From Candidatus Aminicenantes bacterium (lineage in GTDB: Bacteria > Acidobacteriota > Aminicenantia > Aminicenantales > Aminicenantaceae): a stretch of 64,000 nucleotides of DNA. The notes below the pieces were generated by a model, which was given only the letters and a program-made list of their open reading frames with translations, made no database searches and had not been told where the DNA came from. The stretch is taken from NCBI GenBank assembly GCA_011772475.1, contig WVZK01000086.1, positions 4,406 through 68,405 of the forward strand, in the 5' to 3' direction. The position numbers and the translations under genes were made by a program. Position 1 is the first letter of the stretch. Each line of letters opens with the position of its first letter. Of the stretch, positions 53,676 through 60,660 are shown piece after piece.

Positions 53676-56234
53676 ATGCGATTATCCGAGATTATTAGAC
53701 AGGCTTTCGAAGACCTGAAGGCACACCGACTACGAAGCATCCTCACGCTTTTTGGGATTATCTGGGGGATTATGGCCATAATGATCTTATTGGGATGGGG
53801 TTTTGGATTCCGCGATTATATGTGGGAAGGTATGCATAAAATCGGTGAGGACCTGGTTTTTTTTATGCCAGGTCACACTTCGATCGGAATTGGTGGGTAT
53901 AAAACCGGACGACCTATAGTACCGGAAATAAAGGATATCGAGGCTATTGAAATGCAATGTCCTTCAGTGGGCAAGATAAGCCCGCAGATGACACGGTGGT
54001 ACCAGGTAAAAGCCGAAACTGAAGCCCGAAGGTTCAATATTCGTGGTGTGCTGCCGGTGGCCAAGGAGATGAACAACTGGCAAGTGGCTAAAGGGCGATT
54101 TATCATTGATGACGATGTAAAAAATCGCAGGCGTTTTGCGTTTATCGGCAACAATATTAGAGAGCAGCTTTTTGGCGAAGAATCTAATCCAGTAGGAAAA
54201 AAGATCAAGATTCGTGGTGTAACCTTCTCTATTATAGGCTTAGCCGTTGAAAAAGAGCTTCAATTGTCTACCATAAACAGCCGGCATGATGACCAGGTTC
54301 TAGTTCCCCTAAGCACAGCCCAGCAATTATGGGGCGACGGGAAGAGCCTTAATCTCGTTTTTGCCTCTCCCAAGGAGAATTATAAATCCAGTCAAGTAGT
54401 TAAGGAGATACGTAGTCTCATGGCTGAACGTCATCATTTTGATCCCGATGATGAAGAAGCGTTGACGATTTTTGAATTTGCCTTTTTTGATAAGATGTTC
54501 AGTCTGCTCTCTCTCGGATTGAATAGTCTCTTGGGCCTAATAGGGATAATCACCTTGTTTATCGGCGGCGTTGGAGTAATGAACATAATGTTTGTCTCTG
54601 TGCAGGAACGCACGCGTGAGATAGGCATCCGTAAGTCAGTAGGAGCTAGGAAAAGGGACATCCGGCTCCATTTCTTAGCCGAAGCGCTGTTCATTACGAT
54701 GCTGGGTGGACTCATTGGTTTTCTGTTGGGGTCTGCTCTTCTGGGGGGAGTTAATCTTTTGCCTTTGCCCCGGTTCATTCCTCTTCCTCAGAACTCACCA
54801 GAGCTCTCGTTGATCGTTGTCTTGGTGATGATCTTGACCGGAGTTATTTCAGGATACATCCCAGCCAAAAACGCGGCCGAGATGGAGCCGGCTAAAGCCC
54901 TGCAGTATGAACGGGGTGAAACAGTTGTTGGTAAGAAAGTGCCAAAGCCCCTTTGGGTCTCGCGAACACTGACGGGTGAACTTATAGGACAAGCCTTTCT
55001 CGAGATTCGCAGCAGCAAATCCAGAAGTTTTCTCACCATGTTCGGAATTTTTTGGGGCATTGCTGCTGTGATTGTGCTTATAGGATTCGGTGCAGGTTTT
55101 CAGGGATTTTTCAACCGTGAATGGGGCAAGATGGGTGAAAAAACTATACACGTGAGAGGTGGTCGTGTTCAAAGCAAAAGAGGTACTTACAGAGAAGCGC
55201 GAAGAGTCCGGCTTTCAGAAAGAGACATAGACGCACTCTTAGCCTTTCCTGTTGAGATAGAGGTAGCCATACCAGAATATGATTGCGGACATCCGGTAGT
55301 GAAATACGGCAACGAAAACCGCGCTGTCCACACCCTGGGTGTGGTTCCAGATACTTCAGAGATGCGTAGTTTTAAAACCGCCTGGGGTCGGTTCATAAAT
55401 CAAGGAGATATTGAGGAAAGCAGGAGGGTCTGCTTTTTAGGATCGACTATTCAAGAGCGGCTTTTTGGGAGCCGCACTCGCGACGTCACAGGTGAGTATG
55501 TCAATATCAACGGAATTCGCTATCTGGTCGTAGGTACTTCTCAGCCAAAAGGATTTCAGCTTTCTATAAACATTTCCCTGGATGATGAAAAGATGCTTAT
55601 TCCGCTCACTGCAGCTCTTAAAGACTTCAGCGGAGAAAAATACATTTCTCGAATCCTTGTTTCGCCAGTAAGTAAAGAACGCTATAGGAAGACAGAATCG
55701 GAGATTCGCCAAGTTCTGTCCAAACTGCATAGGTTTGATCCTGAAGATGAAGATGCTTTAAATATTTTCAGCATGCTTGAAGGCACGGAATTCCTGGATT
55801 ATATCGTGCTGGCACTTCAGGTATTCTTGGGAGGAGTGGGAGTGATCACTCTAATGATCGGGGCTGTGGGAGTGATGAACATCATGTATTTTGTCGTCAC
55901 CCAGCGAACCCGGGAGATAGGCATTCGTAGAGCTGTCGGAGCGCTCAAGAGACATATTTTCCAGCAGCTCTTCACAGAGGCACTCGCAATCACATTTCTT
56001 AGCGGGCTTATCGGATTTGGGATCGGATGGAGCATAAACGCCGGCCTCACGGGTCTTGTTGCCTTCTTAAGAACTCAGAGCGTACAGCTTATGATGCTTT
56101 TTTCGCCCGAGAATTCTTTCCTTGCCTCCATAATTACAGTCTTTTTAATGATAGCAGCTGGCTTTTTGGCTGGGCTGACTCCAGCACTTCGAGCCATGCG
56201 CTTGGATATCGTTGATTCCTTACGCTACGAATAA
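53676..56234 (+). CDS. Duplicated MacB/FtsX-type ABC permease (two complete TM1-periplasmic domain-FtsX modules), no cognate ATPase nearby
   Basis: Module 1: LKAHRLRSILTLFGIIWGI ... MNIMFVSVQERTREIGIRKSVGARKRDI. Module 2: IRSSKSRSFLTMFGIFWGI ... MNIMYFVVTQRTREIGIRRAVGALKRHI. Confidence 0.85.
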   Translation: MRLSEIIRQAFEDLKAHRLRSILTLFGIIWGIMAIMILLGWGFGFRDYMWEGMHKIGEDLVFFMPGHTSIGIGGYKTGRPIVPEIKDIEAIEMQCPSVGKISPQMTRWYQVKAETEARRFNIRGVLPVAKEMNNWQVAKGRFIIDDDVKNRRRFAFIGNNIREQLFGEESNPVGKKIKIRGVTFSIIGLAVEKELQLSTINSRHDDQVLVPLSTAQQLWGDGKSLNLVFASPKENYKSSQVVKEIRSLMAERHHFDPDDEEALTIFEFAFFDKMFSLLSLGLNSLLGLIGIITLFIGGVGVMNIMFVSVQERTREIGIRKSVGARKRDIRLHFLAEALFITMLGGLIGFLLGSALLGGVNLLPLPRFIPLPQNSPELSLIVVLVMILTGVISGYIPAKNAAEMEPAKALQYERGETVVGKKVPKPLWVSRTLTGELIGQAFLEIRSSKSRSFLTMFGIFWGIAAVIVLIGFGAGFQGFFNREWGKMGEKTIHVRGGRVQSKRGTYREARRVRLSERDIDALLAFPVEIEVAIPEYDCGHPVVKYGNENRAVHTLGVVPDTSEMRSFKTAWGRFINQGDIEESRRVCFLGSTIQERLFGSRTRDVTGEYVNINGIRYLVVGTSQPKGFQLSINISLDDEKMLIPLTAALKDFSGEKYISRILVSPVSKERYRKTESEIRQVLSKLHRFDPEDEDALNIFSMLEGTEFLDYIVLALQVFLGGVGVITLMIGAVGVMNIMYFVVTQRTREIGIRRAVGALKRHIFQQLFTEALAITFLSGLIGFGIGWSINAGLTGLVAFLRTQSVQLMMLFSPENSFLASIITVFLMIAAGFLAGLTPALRAMRLDIVDSLRYE

Positions 56235-56261
56235 GAAGCAAAGCGAAACACATAAGACAAT

Positions 56262-56290
56262 TTGACTAATTTCCCGTTTGTTGTTATTCT
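56262..56290 (+). promoter_or_regulatory. Promoter of the zinc-ribbon/ABM unit: TTGACT-N17-TATTCT
   Basis: Same hexamers and spacing as 24069-24097. The 15-mer TGTTATTCTTTTGCC is shared. Confidence 0.5.
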
Positions 56291-56321
56291 TTTGCCGAAA
56301 ATTCAAAGGGGAGAATGAACT

Positions 56322-56420
56322 ATGGAATGCCCCGCTTGTCATTTTAAAAATCCTGAAGATATATCCTATTGCGGCAAGTGCGGGAAGCAGCTGGCCGAGC
56401 TGAAAGGATTGTCTAAATGA
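56322..56420 (+). CDS. Stand-alone 32-aa zinc-ribbon mini-protein
   Basis: Below the ORF-track cutoff. AAAGGGGAG lies about 8 nt before the ATG. MECPACHFKNPEDISYCGKCGKQLAELKGLSK aligns with the N-termini of both kinases ([23 protein letters not shown] / KCPKCNYDNPESTNFCGNCGEQL). Confidence 0.45.
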   Translation: MECPACHFKNPEDISYCGKCGKQLAELKGLSK

Positions 56421-56584
56421 TTAATAAAAGCTTTACTGGATAAGTATATAGATGATGCATAAATAGATAGATATGCAGATAGACGGTGCGCATAAAGATA
56501 TCGATGAGGATTTAAGGGAAAGCCAATATGAAAAAATTATTCCCATCCCTTTATTCCATAAATCAATAAAAGGAGGGAAATGAT

Positions 56585-56878
56585 ATGTTTGCCCGTTTAC
56601 TCAGACTTCAAATCAAAATCAATCGGATAGATGAAGCCACAAAGCTCTTTGAGGAGAGCGTTATTCCGTTGTGCAAAGATAAGAAGGGTTATAAGGGAGC
56701 CTATTTCCTGACCGACCGTAAAACAGGTACAAGCATTCCTATAACCTTATGGCAAAGTGAAAAGGATATGCTTGCTACTGAAAGCAGCCATTTTTTCCAG
56801 GAACAGTTGGTCAAGTTCGTGAGATTTTTCAAAGGACCTCCTATTCGCGAAACCTACGAAGTGATCGTCCACGATTAA
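56585..56878 (+). CDS. ABM/Dabb-like small protein, paralog of 24276..24569
   Basis: 97 aa with AAAGGAGGG SD. About half of the positions are identical by eye to the paralog (MFAR..., KGY.G.Y.L.DRKTG, LW.SE.D, SH..QEQLVK, PPIRE.YE). Confidence 0.65.
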   Translation: MFARLLRLQIKINRIDEATKLFEESVIPLCKDKKGYKGAYFLTDRKTGTSIPITLWQSEKDMLATESSHFFQEQLVKFVRFFKGPPIRETYEVIVHD

Positions 56879-56954
56879 ATGAAAGTGCGTTTATTTCTCT
56901 TCTTGGTTTCCGTCGGCTGAGTTATTCGGCTAAAAGTTTCCAATCGGCCTACCC

Positions 56955-57725
56955 TCATTTATCTTGAGACTGCTCTATAATAAATTCTGAAATCATATCC
57001 AGCATCTTTTCAAAGTGTGACGCCTCAGAGTATGTATGGTCTGCACCTTCAATTATTTCCAGACGGCAATTCTGGATTAAGCTTGCCGTCTTTTTACTCT
57101 GTTCGATAGGTACAGTCTCATCTTCATCTCCGTGAACAATCAACGCGGGAATCTTGATATTTTGGGCAGCCTCGTATGCCTTAACTTTTTCAGCTTCTTC
57201 ATAAAAAGAGTATTTTAATTTACGAGCTTCATCATCCACTCCGGTGACGTCGATGATTCCCTTTTCTTTCCAGTTCTTGATATCTTTTTCATCCACTCGA
57301 GAATGTATAAGGGCCGTATAATCTGATACCGGCGATTTTAGAGCCAGAACATACAGAGCATTTGATTTTGAGGCAGCTAGTATACTAGCCATCCCGCCAA
57401 AACTTGAACCGATAAGTCCAATTTTCTTGTAGTCTGATTCCTTCAGAAGCTTAATGGCGTTCTGGATATCGTCAACAGCTTCAAAAGTAGTTATCTCTTC
57501 GAATTTCCCTTCGCTTTCACCGTGCCCGAAAAAATCAAACCTAAAAGTGGAAATCCCTTTGTCATTCAGAATATCCTCCAGGCGTACATAGGTGCGGCCT
57601 TCCTTACTTGTGGAGAAACCATGACACAGAATTATAATCGGCTTTTCTTTCTGAGATGTGGGATTAGATAATATCCCACAAAGCTTGTCTCCTTTGCTGT
57701 TTTTAAAGTAAACCTTTTCTTTCAC
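56955..57725 (-). CDS. Alpha/beta hydrolase (dienelactone hydrolase/S9-like esterase)
   Basis: GTG start. HGFSTSKEG, nucleophile elbow GSSFGG, HGDEDETVP and GADHTY. Confidence 0.8.
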   Translation of the reverse strand: MKEKVYFKNSKGDKLCGILSNPTSQKEKPIIILCHGFSTSKEGRTYVRLEDILNDKGISTFRFDFFGHGESEGKFEEITTFEAVDDIQNAIKLLKESDYKKIGLIGSSFGGMASILAASKSNALYVLALKSPVSDYTALIHSRVDEKDIKNWKEKGIIDVTGVDDEARKLKYSFYEEAEKVKAYEAAQNIKIPALIVHGDEDETVPIEQSKKTASLIQNCRLEIIEGADHTYSEASHFEKMLDMISEFIIEQSQDK

Positions 57726-57797
57726 GGGCGAGGTTGATCTCCAATATAACAGAATTATAGATTATACAGAATAATGAAGAGAATACCAGATGCACAT

Positions 57798-57875
57798 AAA
57801 AATGGGAGCAAAAAATGGGGCCACAAAAAATGGGGCCAGGCCCCAATAAAAATAAATGGGGCCTGGCCCCATTTT
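57798..57875. repeat. REP-B cluster (partial, half, and two full palindromes in opposite loop orientation)
   Basis: AAAAATGGGAGC, AAAAAATGGGGCC, AAAAAATGGGGCCAGGCCCCA and AAATAAATGGGGCCTGGCCCCATTTT. It lies directly downstream of the M28 gene stop. Confidence 0.8.
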
Positions 57876-57938
57876 CTACCATTTTTTTTACAGCTGATAA
57901 GGCTGAAAAAATTAATAATAGGGAAGGGATTTAAGCTC

Positions 57939-59612
57939 CTATTTTTTCTTTGCCGCCTCCATATCCGCATCTCTTTTTGCCTTGAATTCAGTTCCTTCTT
58001 TCCAGTTGGGAAATGTAGATTCCATGCTTAGCTTATAACCAACTCTGAAAAGTAGGCGAAGATCATCGATAGCACCCGAAAGGTCCCAGTTCGGGTTAAA
58101 CTCATCAGATGGTTTATGGTAATTTTCTGCTGTATATTTTTCCTTTCTGGCCAGAGTCCAATCTTCACCGTGTTCAACATGGTCAATGCCAGAACTTGTA
58201 TAAAGAGCAGGTATACCTTGTTTGGCAAACGGAAAATGATCTGAGCGGTAAAAAGAACCTTTTTCTGGCGTCGGATTCGGTCGAACTCTGCGTCCTTGCT
58301 CTTTAGCGGCAGCTTTAACATAATCGTCTAGCTCAGAGTTTCCGTAGCCAATAATTGTGATATCTTTCATCTTGCCATAAATATTGAGAGCATCCATATT
58401 GATAGCAGCTGCGGTTTTAGCTGTGGGGCAGACAGGATGAGTGGCATAGTATTGCGAGCCGAGAAGTCCCTGTTCCTCCGCGGTGGTTGCGAGAAAAATT
58501 ATCGACCGGGAGGGGAGTGATTCGAGCATCTTGAAAGCTTCTGCCAATTCGATAAGCGCAGCTGTCCCAGTAGCGTTGTCAAGCGCGCCGTTGAAAATTT
58601 GGTCTCCTTCAAGTGTTGAATCAATGCCAAAATGGTCCCAATGTGCCATATAGATGATGCATTCGTCAGCTCGATCTGCTCCGGGGAGAAGCGCTATCAC
58701 GTTATTTGACTTCGATTGCCTTAGACTGTTTATTAGAGTGACCGATGCCTTCAAGCCGAGAGGGATGGATTTAAATCCGCGCTTGGCTGCAGCAGGTTTT
58801 ATCTCGTCATAATCCAGGCCGGCGCTCTCAAAGATTTTGTGCGCAGTTTCAATCGTTACCCAGCCCTCAACAGCACAGCGGGATAAGTTTTTATCCTCGC
58901 TTATCAAGTAGAATTGGGGCCCAGTCCAGCCATTCTTAACGACTCCCCATGGATAAGCAGCGGGTTCGGTCTCGTGTATGATAAATACACCGGCGGCACC
59001 CTGCCGGGCAGCTTCTTCGAACTTATAAGTCCAGCGTCCGTAGTACGTCATGGCTCGACCTTTAAAAAATTCAGGATCTTTTGTAGCAAATCCAGGGTCG
59101 TTGACCAGCATCACAACAGTTTTACCACGCACATCAAGACCCTCATAATCATTCCAATCGTATTCAGGTGCAACTATGCCGTAGCCAACAAAGATCATTT
59201 CGGAATCATCCAGCGAAACCTTCTCTACGACTCGAAGTGTAACTCCCACAAATTCGTCGCCATAAGCAAAATGCATCGATTTTTTATCGCTTTTTATTTC
59301 GAGCTTAGTCACAGGGTCTGCAGTTATTTCCACCATCGGAAGCTCTTGGAAGAAACTCTCGCCGTTTCCTGGCTTTAAACCGACTTTTAGAAATTCCTCT
59401 TTTAAGAAGTTTATAGTCTTTTCCTCTCCCTTTGAATCTGGCGATCGCCCTTCAAATTCATCTGAAGAGAGGATTTCCACGTCCCTTGATAACTCCTCTG
59501 CTGTAATGCTCTCCAATGCTGCTTTCAATTCTTGATCTTTTTTTGCACATCCAAAAAAGAATAGAGCCAATAAGACCAGGGGGATTGCCGTCGAAAAGTA
59601 TTTTTTATTCAT
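57939..59612 (-). CDS. M28 family aminopeptidase with PA domain, lipoprotein
   Basis: GGAGGA SD. Lipobox LFFFGC. AHWDHFG, GALDNATG, EEQGLLGS and SDHFPF. Confidence 0.85.
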   Translation of the reverse strand: MNKKYFSTAIPLVLLALFFFGCAKKDQELKAALESITAEELSRDVEILSSDEFEGRSPDSKGEEKTINFLKEEFLKVGLKPGNGESFFQELPMVEITADPVTKLEIKSDKKSMHFAYGDEFVGVTLRVVEKVSLDDSEMIFVGYGIVAPEYDWNDYEGLDVRGKTVVMLVNDPGFATKDPEFFKGRAMTYYGRWTYKFEEAARQGAAGVFIIHETEPAAYPWGVVKNGWTGPQFYLISEDKNLSRCAVEGWVTIETAHKIFESAGLDYDEIKPAAAKRGFKSIPLGLKASVTLINSLRQSKSNNVIALLPGADRADECIIYMAHWDHFGIDSTLEGDQIFNGALDNATGTAALIELAEAFKMLESLPSRSIIFLATTAEEQGLLGSQYYATHPVCPTAKTAAAINMDALNIYGKMKDITIIGYGNSELDDYVKAAAKEQGRRVRPNPTPEKGSFYRSDHFPFAKQGIPALYTSSGIDHVEHGEDWTLARKEKYTAENYHKPSDEFNPNWDLSGAIDDLRLLFRVGYKLSMESTFPNWKEGTEFKAKRDADMEAAKKK

Positions 59613-59645
59613 TGATTATCCTCCATGAAATATTTATTTTCATAT

Positions 59646-59766
59646 TGTAGGGGCTTGATTCATCAAGTCCACCTTATATATTTGTTTTTTTTCAAAATGT
59701 GGGTTTGATAAATCAAACCCCTACTCAACCTGAATCAAGCTCTTATGCATGAATCAAGCCTCTACA
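59646..59766. repeat. REP-A cluster 9 (forward 59646-59673, reverse 59698-59724, reverse half copies 59730-59742 and 59751-59766)
   Basis: Read directly. The forward/reverse pair forms an inverted doublet with a 24-bp spacer. Confidence 0.85.
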
Positions 59767-60009
59767 AGAAATAATTCGAACGCCTCACATGTATTAAGCA
59801 TTATCTTTGCGCTGCGAATAACATTTAGTTTTTATACTATTCTTAATTTAAAAATCAAATGATTTTCAACGGGAGTTCGGATATATAAAGAAAACTACTT
59901 CCTGGTTGCTGACAACTAAATAATTGGCGTGAGCTAAGAAAACAGTAAAATGAAAAAAAGTTCTTTTCTCTAAGAGCATTTTGGTATAATGATTTTTAGG
60001 AGAGACACG

Positions 60010-60630
60010 ATGCTTAGAAAAAGTTTGTTGATTTATATCTTATTCATGTTTATCGCCTGTGGCCCTAAAGTGCTGGTTCCTCCCGAGATCGACTTATTGC
60101 CTTATGAAAAAGTTGGATTAATTTCCTTTTCAGTCGAAAATGCTGAAGGGCAGCTGGATGAGATGGCAACACAGCGTTTTTTGCAGGAAATTACCAGATT
60201 TCAAAGAGGGGTTCAGGTTATTGAACTCGGCCCCCTTGAGAAAGTCCTGGAAAAGATCAACGAAACAAGCCTGGATCAAGAAGCAAAGAGTGCTATCGGG
60301 GAATATTTTGGTGTGGCATCGTTTTTTCATGGAGAAATTAAAATCTCTGAGGTCAAGCCCGACGTAGACATTGGAGCGCTAATAAAGAGCCTAAGAGTAG
60401 GGGCGAGTTTTAATATTTCAATGACGGCCAGACTTTTTTCAACCGAAACAGGAGCAACCCTGTGGACGGACTCAGTTTTAAGGAAAGAGTCTTTAGCAAA
60501 CATGAGTATTAGTCAAGACCAGATTCCCTATTTTGATGTTAAAGACCAGGATGAGACTCAAAAAAGATTAATTGAATACATGGTCCATGAATTGACCCGG
60601 GACTTCCGCCCAACGAAAAGGCGTCTATAA
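60010..60630 (+). CDS. Lipoprotein of unknown function
   Basis: ATG at 60010 after AGGAGA. Lipobox MFIAC. GLISFSVENAEGQLDEMATQRFLQEI resembles the periplasmic segment of the two kinases. Confidence 0.6.
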   Translation: MLRKSLLIYILFMFIACGPKVLVPPEIDLLPYEKVGLISFSVENAEGQLDEMATQRFLQEITRFQRGVQVIELGPLEKVLEKINETSLDQEAKSAIGEYFGVASFFHGEIKISEVKPDVDIGALIKSLRVGASFNISMTARLFSTETGATLWTDSVLRKESLANMSISQDQIPYFDVKDQDETQKRLIEYMVHELTRDFRPTKRRL

Positions 60631-60660
60631 AAGTTATTTAAGCTTTCAAATTTTAAGCCC

